From NCBI RefSeq assembly GCF_006345805.1, contig NC_043003.1, positions 42,656,001-42,720,000 of the forward strand: DNA of 64,000 nucleotides. Direction: 5' to 3'. Every line of letters begins with the position of its first letter. The first letter of the stretch is position 1. This document shows, one piece after another, positions 1 to 13,199 of the stretch. Under the pieces are notes generated by a model. That model did not search any database. It saw only the letters and a list, made by a program, of their open reading frames with translations, and had not been told where the DNA came from. The DNA comes from Octopus sinensis. Taxonomy: Eukaryota. A program made the translations under genes and the position numbers.

Positions 1-652
1 ACTTCTGACAGAAGGCTTGTATTCAGTGCGACCCTGATATAGTATAGAAACAAATCAGAAACCTCATGAACACACCTTCCCTTTCTAGAAAAATGGTTAC
101 AGGAATGAATATGCCACTTTCACTTCAGTTTCCTGAATGGCATTGTGATTGAGGTATATACGTAAGAAGGATGACTTCTTAGTCTACCATGCTGATCTAC
201 TGGAATCTTATTATCAGTGTATGCACATACACATTCCCAGTAGTTGAGAAGAACCTGAAAGACTAAACTTCTTTAGAGGATACCTGAGATAAAGTAGAAT
301 TTAGGTATGACGAATGCTCTCTAAATGAAAGCATGCATATTACAGAAAGTCGATTTGATTTGTCTACTCGGCGATTTGATGACGCATCAACACAGAAAGC
401 CGATTAAATACGATAAACTGTGAATCAATCAACTATCTATGCATCTGGCATAGTCTCGATTTACTTGCATTTCAAAATCAACTGAAATCAGAAAACCCCT
501 CTTTGAAGGAGATATGAAATTTGTACATCTTTGAAATAAATAAATGTGTCCTGAAAAAGTCTCAAAACTTCTGGAAAGAATATTGTATACGTACATGTAC
601 ATACATAATACATATTACAAGGTCAGGTTTATACCTGTAATATATATGCATG

Positions 653-656
<4 letters not shown>

Positions 657-738
<82 letters not shown>
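657..738. repeat. (TA)n microsatellite (one example of dozens in the window)
   Basis: Pure TA run. Confidence 0.95.
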
Positions 739-743
<5 letters not shown>

Positions 744-989
744 CATGTATGTATATCTGTAATTATTGGGACCCTGGGATATGTAACACACTACCTAAAT
801 ACCAATCTTGAGAAATTAGGCTTCTCAAAACCAGAAAGAAGAAAGCTAATTCGTAGACTATAGATCCAATCCATCAATGGAACAGTAAAAATCTGTAAAA
901 CTTTCCAGAAGTTGATCCTTTAAATATATATGAGTATGTCTAGATATGTAACAATATGCATAAGAATACATACATAAAACATATATCTG

Positions 990-1370
990 CACATACATAC
1001 GTACATACATACATACATACATACATACATACATACATACATACATGCATGCATGCATGCATACATACATACATACATGCATGCATGCATGCATGCATGC
1101 ATACATACATACATACATACATACATACATACATCATACATACATACATACATACATGCATACATGCATGCATGCATGCATACATACATACATACATGCA
1201 TGCATGCATGCATGCATACATACATACATACATACATACATACATACATGCATGCATGCATGCATACATACATACATACATGCATGCATGCATGCATACA
1301 TACATACATACATACATACATACATACATACATACATACATACATACATACATACATGCATGCATACATA
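990..1370. repeat. Compound (CATA)n/(CATG)n tetranucleotide array
   Basis: Alternating blocks of CATA and CATG; source of the MYVC/HTYI pseudo-ORFs. Confidence 0.95.
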
Positions 1371-1392
1371 TCATTTACTTGTTACAGTCATT

Positions 1393-1590
1393 AGAAATGA
1401 GCTATGTTGGAGCACTGCCTTGGAGAAATTTTTAGTCGAAAGAATCGAATTCACTAATTTTTTTAAAGCCTAGTACTTATTCCATCGGTCTCTTTTGCTG
1501 AACATCTAAGTTACAGGACGTAAACACATCAATAACACCAGTTGTCAAGCGTTGGTGGGGGACAAACACTGAAAAAAAGACACACACACA
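1393..1590 (-). mobile_element. tRNA-derived SINE family A, 3' part only
   Basis: Matches the tail region of the fuller copies at 6297 and 29483 (tagtacttattcTatcggtctcttttgc...ggacgtaaacac...gttgtcaagcg). Confidence 0.8.
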
Positions 1591-1876
1591 TTTATATATC
1601 TTATCTACTGCCTATATTCTGTGTATATATATATGTATACATATAGATATCCTATTTTGGCCCTCTGTAAAAATCCTAAAAAGTATATTTAATTTGCTTT
1701 GCAGGAGCAATTGTTTTATCGAAAGCGTATATTGTTGTTAAATGCTCGAAATACGAGACGAGAGAAACAGCCAACAACTGATGAAGGGTCGTTCTTTATG
1801 TTGTTTACGTTGTTTTCCATTTGAGTCTTTTGTTGTTCGAAAGATATATACGTATAGATGTAGGTATGTACATATG

Positions 1877-1989
<113 letters not shown>

Positions 1990-2309
1990 TATATATATTA
2001 TATAATATAATATTATATTATATTATATTATATTATATATATATATTATATTATATTATATATATATATACATGCATGTATATATTTATGTATATGTACA
2101 TGTGTGTTTTGTGTGTATGGACGTGTGTATGTATGTGAGCATACATGTTGCAGTAAGGCATGTAAAGGTAAATGATCAGCGGGTAGAATACAATACTTTG
2201 CGATATAGTTTCGTCTTTCAAATCCCCGAGCTCAAAATCTGACTTTCATAATTTCATGGTCAATGAAAAAAATATGAACGAATCCTGCGACGGTGCAGTT
2301 CTCTCTCCT

Positions 2310-2341
<32 letters not shown>

Positions 2342-3364
2342 CCTCTCTCTCTCATCTCCAACTACACATCCTGGATATTCTATGCCCTTAATATAAATAA
2401 ATATATTTATAGGGAATAATTAATAAATTTTTCCCTTATGAGGTTTTTCACGCTAACTACTTGATAAATTCTTATAAAGTTTCTATCCTCTATCCTATAT
2501 TCAAAATATGTATGTAAGTATGCATATGTATATATATATATATATATGAATTTATGTATGTATATACATAAGTATAGAACTTAGAGATGAATTCTTATAA
2601 TTTAACACTAGAGTAACTGAAACTTAGCGACGTTGTAGCATTTTCTAGTAGTAATTAATATCATAGCTGAAATTAAAACGTTCTGCCAGGTTTGAACCTA
2701 TCGTATACTTGTCTGATCGAAATCATATCTTCTGCTCTGCAACAAGTTACAACAAACGAACAGGTGAAAATAGAATCATTAGAAAAATAAAGAAAGCGAA
2801 TGTACATTATTTCAGGAAACCTCGCTTCTAGTTGTTTAGGCTTCAACGTGATAATCCTGTTGTCGAACATAACCTGGAGTGTTACAAGTTTCTTAATCCC
2901 GAAAAATTTTCTGAAACACGGCTATTTCAGAATTCAAAATTTTAAGGTTTCTCAGATCACCGCAAGAATCAAATAATTGACTGAGTTCTCATATTGTTAA
3001 TGAATTTCACCAAAGGGAGAATGCTGGTCTATTATCTTTTAAATCAAATTTTGCGTTCCCCTAATGTGTAAGTTAAATATATCAGGCTTTTGTTCCATAA
3101 CAGAAAAGCTGACTCCCGTTAGGTTTGATGTAAAGTATTTAGTTTTCGGCGAACTGATAGCTGTCAGTGTTATATAAAATCTATATGATTCCTTAGAAAA
3201 TTCTGAAGTTTTAAATCAGCGTCCTTTATTGATCTTCGGTGTTAAAGGAGTATATGTATATTGCTTGTCAATGTTCGTGCAATAGAATAAGTCTTTAGTT
3301 GTGTGAGATGGTAACGGTTTCAATCTCATCAAGTAATTACCTGGATTATGTAGTAGGTATCGCT

Positions 3365-3402
<38 letters not shown>

Positions 3403-4214
3403 AGAGAAAGGAAGAGAGAGAGAAAAAGAAAGATAATGTATGAATATGTGTGTGCGTGTTGAGGCGATATTAACTGTTTTAGTCCGAATATTCCAGCACG
3501 TCATCGCTTGTCGTGTTTGTGGCTTAATAACACTGAGATCAGATAAGAAGACAAATTATAGCTGTAACATACAGATGCCTTCAAAACAAATGTAAAAATA
3601 AAAATAAAAAACGCAAATACGGACGTAATTTTCTCACGCTAATACAGCCTTTTTCTGCATTTCTCATACCTGTTTTATCAGAAGTGGGCACAAAAGAAAC
3701 AGAAATGGGCTATACACGGAATAAACTTGTATATATTATTCAAATAGTTGAAATCTCTTATTCATAATTTCACTTTCATAACTCAGTGTAAAGGACATTA
3801 TTTAAGTGTAGCAACGAGCAGCTTAAAATCAGCAGTTATTAACATATTTTACGGGTGTAGATTTCCTGGCAGGAAAATGAACAAACTCAGTTTTTAGTTA
3901 TGCAACATTGAATATAGAAAGAAAAATTTTTTCTATTTAAATATTAAAGTATATGTTCCCTCTTTCTCTCTTTCAGTGACCACCATTGCGGGTTCTACAG
4001 ATCCAGATCTAGAGGGGACGGGATTTCGCTTTAGATCAATGCGGCGCAAGCAAAGTTGTTGCCCTGGAAATCAGTAACATCTTCGACCGTATCTGACATG
4101 CTAATTTCCAATCAAAACTTCCCGCCTACTTCTCCCTTCTCTCGGCCCTGGAATCGGCAACTTCGAATCATATTATATCAACACGACATGTATTGACGAA
4201 GTTACTTTTGTCTC

Positions 4215-4700
4215 TGCTCTCAATCAACTCGGGTGTTCCCCGTGATTTTGTTCTGTCCAACACAGTGTTTCTTCAATATATCAATGACCTACTTACCTCA
4301 CACCCAACAGCGCCTACTCTTATGAGATGACACTACTTTTCATTCCGTCCCTGTCTCTCAAAACCATGAATCACCCACAGCCATCAAAGACCTATCCCCT
4401 TGAACAAACTTGCAGTGATTCTTCAGAGACCTTGCGAGTATCAACTAGTGGATGCTTGTCAACCATAGCTCAAACCCTCCCCCGCCGATTCACTCGTCTT
4501 CCTCCATCCTAGCACCCTTCGTGTCTCCAACCTCACTTTCCTCGCACTAAACGCTCTGCTCTCCCTTCATCTTTAGAACTCGTCTACTGCAATCTTCTCT
4601 TTGTTCATGTTTTTCCTGCTGGTTTTGACTTGCAACTGTATGAACACAAAACTTTGATGCACCCAATCGCTCCGGTGTCGGATGGTCTTTTAAAATCATG
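4215..4700 (+). mobile_element. Decayed CR1/L2/Jockey-group LINE, RT C-terminal and 3' end fragment
   Basis: Frameshifted translation SINSGVPRDFVLSNTVFLQYINDLL..SY(A)DDTTFH resembles RT motifs SGVPQGS and YADD. Confidence 0.7.
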
Positions 4701-4817
4701 AAACCGGCCCGGTTATTGCAAGCACTATATATATAAAAGGATAAGATCGACATTTAAATACTGATCTTATTAGGTGGCCAGCATGGGAATGAAAACCTTC
4801 AAAGGTAATAATTATTA

Positions 4818-5070
4818 TTAAAATTATAATTTAGGGTATCTAAGAGATACCACCACACTGGAAATAGCAGTCAAAACTTGACTCTAATACCACATTAAAT
4901 GCTCATACAACACCAGGAGAGAAGATAAGCACCATAAGAGAAGACAAAGTGACATTTCTTTGTCTTCTCTCCTGGTGCTCTATGAGCTTTTAATGTGGTA
5001 TTAGAGTCAAGTTTTGACTGCTGTTTCCAGCGTGGTGGTATCTCTTAGATACCCTAAATTATAATTTTAA
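4818..5070. repeat. 253-bp foldback (inverted repeat)
   Basis: ttaaaattataatttagggtatctaagaga at 4818 is the exact reverse complement of 5041-5070; arms pair for about 100 bp with few mismatches; short inner hairpin agagaagacaaag/ctttgtcttctct. Confidence 0.9.
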
Positions 5071-5094
5071 GATATATATATATTTATATAGGGG

Positions 5095-5268
5095 AGGATA
5101 ATTCACAAAAAACAAAAGCCGAAGACAGGTTGTGTAGACAACAAACAGATGTATTAGTTTAACGCTCGCGAAGTGATAAAGTCTTTAACCTTTCGAGCCT
5201 ACGCTCTTCCGCAGAAAGGAACACAGAAAGAATCAAGGAGAGAAAATAAAGAATGTGTAGTGGCCTTC

Positions 5269-5270
<2 letters not shown>
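5095..5270 (-). mobile_element. Penelope-like terminal-repeat remnant
   Basis: gaagagcgtaggctcgaaa motif; a homologous copy lies in the opposite orientation at 33235-33375. Confidence 0.55.
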
Positions 5271-5316
<46 letters not shown>

Positions 5317-5556
5317 TCTGTCTATATATATACGTACTCACACACACACAAAGAGAGCGAAAGAGAGTAAGGGTGAAAGAAAGTGATGGGGAAAGAGAGA
5401 GAACATCGTGCACTCAGTAGTATTTTTACTTTACACTTATTGCTCCGGTGGTAACTAATGAACTCAGCTCTTGATAAACATACACGTCTGCAGATATTGT
5501 AGATAAAGCTTGTCACATTCTCTACACTATACGCATATGTCCGTAGTCATGCTCTT

Positions 5557-5604
<48 letters not shown>

Positions 5605-5932
5605 ATTCTCTATCTATATGTGTGTGTGTGTGTTTGTGTGTATACACCCTATCCGCCGTATTTACATGTGTTCATATAGTTGTTGAAATACATATGTATG
5701 TAAGTGTAAGATAGATATAGGAAAATATTTATAATCTTATGCCGCGGCTATCGGCACTGAACAACTTGCGTGTGTTGGTAATATTACTAAGGTAGGCTGG
5801 AATATTTCAACATATCACTAGATTAACATCTTCAATCTCTTACCAGTGACACATTGAGATACTGTCTAATTAACAGCTTACACGAGACAACACAGACGCA
5901 GAAATGCTTGTGTGTGGTTTATATATATATAA

Positions 5933-5990
<58 letters not shown>

Positions 5991-5991
5991 T

Positions 5992-6032
<41 letters not shown>

Positions 6033-6053
6033 GAATGTCTGCATTATATATAA

Positions 6054-6089
<36 letters not shown>

Positions 6090-6296
6090 CTTTGTGTGCG
6101 ATCAATATAAAATGTAGGAATATTCATGGTGCCAATTTCTGCGAAGAAAATGGTACATACCAATACGCGAGATTTTACTACTTAGCACACTTATAGGATA
6201 AGTCAACGTCTGAAGGCAAATCACTGCACTTATTGCGCAACAGAACACACGCATGTATCCGTATTATTTACCATTATATATATATATATATATATA

Positions 6297-6697
6297 CTCT
6301 TTTACACTTTTACTTGTTTCAGTCATTTGACTGCGGCCATGCTGGAGCACCAGCTTTAATCGAGCAACTCAACCCCGGGACTAATTCATTGTAAGCCCAG
6401 TACTTATTCTATCGGTCTCTTTTGCCGAACCGCTAAGTGACGGGTACATAAACACACCAGCATCGGTTGTCAAGCAATGCTAGGGAGACAAACACAAACA
6501 TACACGCACACACACATATATATACACATATATACGACGGGCTTCTTTCAGTTTCCATCTACCAAATCCACTCACAAGGCTTTGGTCGGTCCGAGGCTAT
6601 AGTAGAAGACACTTGCCCAAGGTGCCACGCAGTGGGACTGAACCTGGAACCATGTGGTTGGTAAACAAGCTACTTACCACACAGCCACTCCTGCGCC
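6297..6697 (-). mobile_element. tRNA-derived SINE family A, near full length
   Basis: Minus-strand head with A box (tggctgtgtgg) and B box (ggttcagtccc), internal CA/TA microsatellite, conserved tail; at least 9 copies or fragments in the window. Confidence 0.9.
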
Positions 6698-6728
<31 letters not shown>

Positions 6729-6735
6729 TATATAT

Positions 6736-6780
<45 letters not shown>

Positions 6781-6781
6781 G

Positions 6782-6814
<33 letters not shown>

Positions 6815-6822
6815 TATGTACG

Positions 6823-6877
<55 letters not shown>

Positions 6878-6974
6878 ATTGAATAAAGTTAAAACACGGT
6901 CTGGTTTGCACGTTTTTATGATATTTTGACATATACATATATAATACATACACACATATATATATAAAATATAA

Positions 6975-7125
6975 AATGCGACAGGAACGCAAAACATCCG
7001 GACAGCTAGGTGATACAAAAAGGGACAACCAAACATCCAGATAGACGGTACAAGGAAACAAAGATGACTCATTCGAAGTTTTCTTTCCTCAGTCATGCAT
7101 CAGATTATCCTTGCAATTTCGGCTG
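6975..7125 (-). mobile_element. Penelope-like terminal-repeat remnant
   Basis: gccgaaat...gactgaggaaagaaaacttcgaatga is related to the direct repeats at 33615 and 34248. Confidence 0.45.
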
Positions 7126-7135
7126 ATTATATATA

Positions 7136-7198
<63 letters not shown>

Positions 7199-7237
7199 GT
7201 GTATATATGTATATATGTATATATATGAATATATATT

Positions 7238-7329
<92 letters not shown>

Positions 7330-7332
<3 letters not shown>

Positions 7333-8870
7333 TGTAATGTTCATAAAGTTAAATTAGGGCTTTCATACATAGTGTAATCATCAGATTTCAAATGTATTTA
7401 ACTGACAGTTGAGTTCTTGACAACTTTAGTACCTCTTAGGACGCTCTAACAAGCTGATCGTTTAGAATACGATTTTAACCAATCTGCATGCTGCTTAAAC
7501 ATCACGGTTTACCAGTAGTACCGATATTCTGAATTTGTTTATATTTGTATGTTAGGAATATTTTTTTTTTAATCCACATCATTAACAGGTTGTTATATTA
7601 TTGCTGTTATTACCATTGAGAACAGGTTTGAACATTTTAATAAACCGTTTTTCTTTTATCTTTCTTCCAACTTTACTTGTTTCAAGTAATTTGTGCAGAG
7701 CAAAATTTAGAAAGATTTTCTGTCCACATGTCTCTATATGTTCACTTAATGGAAGTTGGTGAGCACTGGTCTTCCGGATTTGTTGTCTGTGGACTCATGA
7801 GTGCTCCGATAATGTATTCTTTGTCAGGCCTATATATAATTCAACGCAATTCGGTCATTTAATGCAGTAGACTAATTTCTGCTTTTTCAGTTCCCATCTG
7901 CTTTTGCAAAAATTTGTCCATTTCTTGTTCTAATGGATCTACCAGAATGCATGTATTGATACGTTCCACATCTGCTATCATTACACTTTGATACTGTGAA
8001 TGTTTTATCCTGTTTGTTATACTGAATTTTGCTTTTGTTAATAGTTCTTTAGGTTATGTAGTTGCCTTTTACTCACGATAAGTGTTTGATTATTTATTAT
8101 GTTGTTTAATTTTTCACTTTGTTTTATGATTCATAAATTTGTTTTGATGATATTAAAAATGCTTTGGTGGTGCGGATTCTGTATTACTAGGAATGGTATT
8201 GTGTTCCGTTGATGGGTTAGTCTTTTTCGTGTTTCCCTAAGTTGCCATATATGTATCTCTTTTGCTCGTTGCATACTATGTTCTATAAGTAGGAGAGGGT
8301 AATTTTGAGCAGAAATCGTTTGAGTTTTATAAGTCGTGTGTTTCTGGTATTTGGATCATCGACTATAGTACAAATTTTCCTGGCTAGACAGTACGGAATT
8401 TTGCCTTTTGTGTGAGTTGGGTGGCATGATTTGAAATTTATGTACTGGTGTGTATATGTGCGTTTGTAATAAATATCAGTTGTGATTGTGGTGTTGCTTT
8501 TAATTACTATTTTGTCAAGAAATGGTAATTGTGTGTTGCTCATTTCTCTTGTGAATTTGATACTAGGGTGTAGATTGTATGGGAGAGTGCTGAATTCTTC
8601 CAGATTTTTTTTAGGAATTTTGTCCAAATTAGGAAGCAATCATCGAGATATCTTTCCCATGTGTCCTCTATATGTCTTTTAAAGGTCATGCCGTAGTTTT
8701 TTTCAAATTTTTTTATAGGTTTTGTTCCAAGTATCACAATACTGGGTTCGCGAAAACTGGAGCAAATCGTGTCCACATAGAGGTGCCTCAAATCTGGAGG
8801 GAGTTTTCTGTCGAGGGCTTATATGTCCCGATATTAGTCTATTTATCACAGTCAATGCACGGTAATATCT
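7330..8870 (-). mobile_element. Penelope-like element, decayed RT plus GIY-YIG endonuclease and 3' terminal repeat
   Basis: WERYLDDCF; LHPSIKFTRE..LPFLD..TDIYYKRTYTHQYINFKSCHP; GIY-YIG segment LVYCIK*PNCVELYIGLTKNTLSE..VHRQQIR at about 7720-7900; multiple stops and frameshifts. Confidence 0.9.
7351..7388 (-). ncRNA. Minimal type-I hammerhead ribozyme motif (decayed) in the 3' repeat of the Penelope-like element
   Basis: AAAU-CUGAUGA-[UUAC ACUAU GUAU]-GAA-AGCCCU-A-AUUU: stem I 4 bp, core intact, CUA triplet. Confidence 0.55.
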
Positions 8871-8879
8871 TATAAGCTT

Positions 8880-9180
8880 TAAGCTTTTAAAATATGACGG
8901 AGATGTACTTGCATAGCAAGTGATCTTATCTGAGATCGTGTGCTGGAACGAAAACAATTGAAGCGTAGAAGGTGTTTATAAGCCATTGAAAAACACACAA
9001 AAACCGTTAGATTCACTTCAACATTTAAATTTAATTTGCCAAAATATTTTCGGCGCTTTGAGACCGCAACCTGTTCACTGACAAAATTCTGTGCCGCATA
9101 TATATATATATATATATACATCTAACGGTTTTCGTGTGTTTTTAAATGGCTTATAAGCACCTTCCACGCTGCAATTGTTT
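8880..9180 (-). mobile_element. Repeat family D (probable Penelope-type terminal repeat) with a partial inverted copy at 9121-9180
   Basis: 8880-9100 is homologous to 48648-48795 in the opposite orientation; 9121-9180 is the reverse complement of about 8955-9012. Confidence 0.75.
9035..9085 (-). ncRNA. Hammerhead-ribozyme-like fold with G3-C8 swapped core
   Basis: UUUGUCA-GUGAACA-G-[GUUGC ggucucaaa GCGCC]-GAA-AAUAUU-U-UGGCAAA. Confidence 0.6.
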
Positions 9181-9244
9181 ATAAAATATCATTATTTATA
9201 TATATATACATATTGGTTTCAAGACTAGCAAGTTCGGAATCAGG

Positions 9245-9375
9245 CTAAATCGATTCCGAATGGATGAATGGCAAGGTCAACCTCGGAGGAATTTGAACAC
9301 AGAATGTAAAGACAGACGAAATACCGCAAAAGCATCTTGCTCAGCGTGGTAACGAGTCTGGTAGCTCGCCGCCCT
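9245..9375 (-). mobile_element. tRNA-derived SINE family C, 5' part
   Basis: ggcggcgagct...gtttcaaattcctccgaggttgacc; homologous to 50151-50369. Confidence 0.8.
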
Positions 9376-11965
9376 AGTATATCTATATATTAACACATAC
9401 AAACATATAAACCTCACCTGAGCGTTTATCTTATAGCATACGTTTCGGTTTTAGATGTTTGGTATGAGAAGCACGGTTTGATAACGGACTTGGCTTCTCT
9501 AATATTTACCAGCTTGGCACACTTTGATTTTAAAGTACAGCTGTCTTGGTCCATTCATAAATGAATCCAATGGAGAAATTCAGAGTTGACGCTACTATCT
9601 GACGTTAGTTTCAATTTCTTTGTAACAACCTCTGCGTCTACATTCGTTCCCATCACTATTGGCTCTTGACTTTGTAAGACCCAACAGAGAAAGTAATGAA
9701 TTCCATAATGTCTCTGTGGAATTCTCTCCTTGTAGGTTCACCAGAAGGAGAACCACAGCTGAGATTGAATATGTTCAGTGGCACAGCAATCCACAACATC
9801 GCTCTCTGGACTTGCAGAGAAATATCTGAGACACAAGACAAGTTTGAAAGGTGTTTAACTAAACTCATTGCTGCCATAGATATAATTACTAAAGCAGGAG
9901 CGCCACTCTATCTCGGCAGTTGTAAAGGCACTAAGAAGTGTAAGATGCAGGCACAGAAGACAGCCAGTCACTTGCTAATTAGTTCTGACTATATTCTATG
10001 ATAGCATACAGTTTTCATTTGACACAAGAGACATTGTTAGATTATACCATGAGATCAAGAAAAGCATTGAGGCAAATCAAGTTAAGAATTCACCACTGAA
10101 ACCATAGAAAGTAAGGCCATTGAAGACATAGGTAAGTATATGGGAAGACGAGTAGATGTCTACTCTTAATTCTACTCCAGAGGAAATAACATTTTAAACA
10201 GCGTACCAGACACCATGGAATGCCAACTTGCCATATGCGAATCGAATGTATTGCCGACTGCGGAAGATGAGTAACTCCCCTGATGCCAGCTGACCATCAA
10301 AGTCGCAGGATTGTATGGCAGTCCGCTAAAATCAAACAGGTGTATGAAAAATATTCCGTTAAAACACTAGCGCAAAGTATTGTCCCAGTGTTGGACAGAA
10401 AGAATAGTTCCACAAGACATGACACGCCGTTATAATATCACCCACTATAAGAACAGACGAGGCGGAAGCATTTGTATAAGATAATCTTTTTGCTGAATAT
10501 CTCTGAGAAGACTTTTACCCCCTCCTCTATGTCAAATTGCAGAAATCGTCAAAAAAGTATGACCCGAATCAGTATAGTTTCCAGTTGTAATGTCACCGCA
10601 ACCATCATTATCTTCCTCACCTACAAGAGAAATGCAAAGACAGCTACCCTATAACACTTTCGATGATCCCACACAGCGCTCAAATATACGTAAAGTCCCA
10701 AGAGAACTTCCCTCTAAGATTGTTTAATTCCATATAATTTCTTGATATTCCAGTCAGTATACACAAATACAAATAACATTGTTCTGTTTAACACAATTTC
10801 ATCGAAGACGTTCAGCATATAATGCGAAATGAACGATCAATTAATCTAGCATTTTTTCTACTGTTTGTGTTCCAACTGTACCCTGTTATATCGTGTTACT
10901 CTTATTTTAGTCGAAACAGTTGAAATATTATCCTGTTCTCTGTCTTAATCGTAACAATTCAATGAATTCAATGCTCGTATCGTTTATATTTCGGCTGCAC
11001 TGCATTACTTTCTAGTAATCATTTCTTGAAAATGCTGATGCTACTAAAAAGTTGATAGAAACCCTGTCCTAAGGGGACGAAATTACAATGACTTTCAGTA
11101 GACAGCCGATTGCTGAAATTTTACGTTTCATCCGTTTGCTTCGTTCTTTTTCACCTGTTGTGTACATTTTCGTTGTCTCTGCTAAATTTCTTCTCTCTCT
11201 CTCTCTCTGTCACGCTGTCTCTTTCTCTTTCTCGCTCAATCTCTCATTTTCTCTCTCCCTCCATCTCTCTTTTTCTCTCTCTTTCTCTTTCTGTTTATCT
11301 ATGTTCTTAACCTAAATCTATGTGTACATATATGTGTGCTCTGCGTGTGTGGAGAAAAAAAGAGAGAAAGAGAGAGAGAGAAAGAAAGAAAAAACGCTTT
11401 GTCTTTGAACAAGGTATTTCATTTGAAGTCACACCAGTTTATACAACGAAAATGAATACCTGGTTGGAGGACCAAACTTCATAGGTCTTTTACGGGGCCT
11501 CGAAAAACGAAAGGACCGTTGCAATAAGTGTGTGAATCTGAGAGGGGAACAGGTTCAATAAAATCATAATTAACTGATCCTCCTGTATTTTCTTTCACCT
11601 AAAGTCAGGAACTTTTCAGCACCACCCCCAATGTATACAATATATACACACATTCATATACAAATATATAGGCACATGCGTTTACATATACATACATACA
11701 AATACATGCTTGGATCCGATAACAATATCTCTATGATCAAAGGATTATACCAAATTTCCGTTTGTATACTTTTTATCTATAATACTGTTCTTCTTATTAT
11801 TATTGTTGTCGTTGTATTTTGTTATCTGTATGAGGAAGGAGGTCAGATAACCAAAATATAAAAGTGAATATCTGAGGATTAAAGATAAATAAGCAGAAAT
11901 GTTGCAGCTTAGCCAACGTCAGGTCATTCGGTACAAATCATTCGTTTCGTCCACTCTCTAAGGAC

Positions 11966-12024
11966 GATGATGATGATGATGCTCATCATCATCATCATCA
12001 TTATTATTATTATTATTATTATTA

Positions 12025-12057
<33 letters not shown>

Positions 12058-12068
12058 CATCATTATTA

Positions 12069-12120
<52 letters not shown>

Positions 12121-12160
12121 CATCATTATTATTGTTATTGTTGTTGTTGTTGTTGTTGTT
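11966..12160. repeat. Compound trinucleotide microsatellite (GAT)(CAT)(TTA)(TTG)
   Basis: Direct inspection. Confidence 0.95.
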
Positions 12161-12840
12161 GTGGGTGTTACACTAATAACTATAATAATAGTGCGTGTGT
12201 GTACATGTATTTAAATCCATGTAAATCCATTTGAGGTAGATTAACTTAATATTCCATTTGTTCCATGTTCAGAACGTGTCATTTAGTGCAATTCGATAGA
12301 TTTTGAAATATCTTCTGTATATATATGTATATGTTTTTGTGCGCGCGTGTGTGTGTATGAATGAAAGCAGGTGTATATATGTATATACTACCAACATATA
12401 CAACGACACACAGGCACATACACATGCATATATAGTGGCAAAACCATACACCAGGGTTATTCTGGCGTGCGACTTACAAATATAAGTCTGAGATCTCTAT
12501 TCAACTTAAGGTGTTTTATTCTTGGAGGAGACTAGTTGACTATTCAGCATTTATGAAATATTTGGGAAATGGTTTAAAGAAATGCGGTCTACATTTTCTG
12601 ATAAACTGCTGAGCTTTGGCATCAGAATATTTTGACCGTTTTGACAAAACTGAAAAGTAGGTAATCTGAATGTTTCCTTCAGCTAACAAAGCGTGTTTGA
12701 CTGAATAATTTGTGATGGATCTATGTACACTCATGTACCTATTTCTGTTTATGTTTGTTAATCGACACCAACAACGACCAAATTTTCCTTCATATGTAGA
12801 TCTTTTGTGATAATTGCATATATATATATGATTGATGTAA

Positions 12841-13175
12841 AGGCGCATGGCTCAGTGGCTCGAGCCGTCGGGCTCACAATCGTGAGGTTGTGAGTTCGAT
12901 TCCCGGACTGGTCTGTGTGCTGTGTTCTTGAGCAAGGCACTTTATTTTACGCTGCCCCAGTTCACTCAGCTGCAGAAATGAGTTGCAACGTCACTGACGT
13001 GTAGCTGCATCGGCCTTTGCCTTTCACTTGGACAACATCAGTGGCGTGGAGAAGAGAGACTGTTATGCATGGGTAGCAGTCCACAAACAACCTTGCCCTG
13101 ACTTGTTCTTCGGAGTGGATCTTTCTATGTGCAATCCCATAGTCATTCCTAATCGAAGAGGGTCTTTACTCTTTA
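12841..13175 (+). mobile_element. tRNA-derived SINE family B
   Basis: A box tggctcagtgg, B box gagttcgattccc, then tgtgttcttgagcaaggcacttt..cagttcactcagctgcagaaatgagt, a CORE/Meta-like central domain (inference). Confidence 0.85.
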
Positions 13176-13199
13176 AATCATTGATGTACATCTTCATTT

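Noticed and set aside
5170-5220. Hammerhead-like gaagagcgtaggctcgaaa motif (also near 33270)
   Set aside because: The core is altered in both copies and no stem I can be drawn adjacent to it, so it is counted only as a Penelope-like remnant
7060-7095. CUGAGGA...GAA motif on the minus strand
   Set aside because: Position 15.1 is U and stems I and III cannot both be formed, so it is not called a hammerhead
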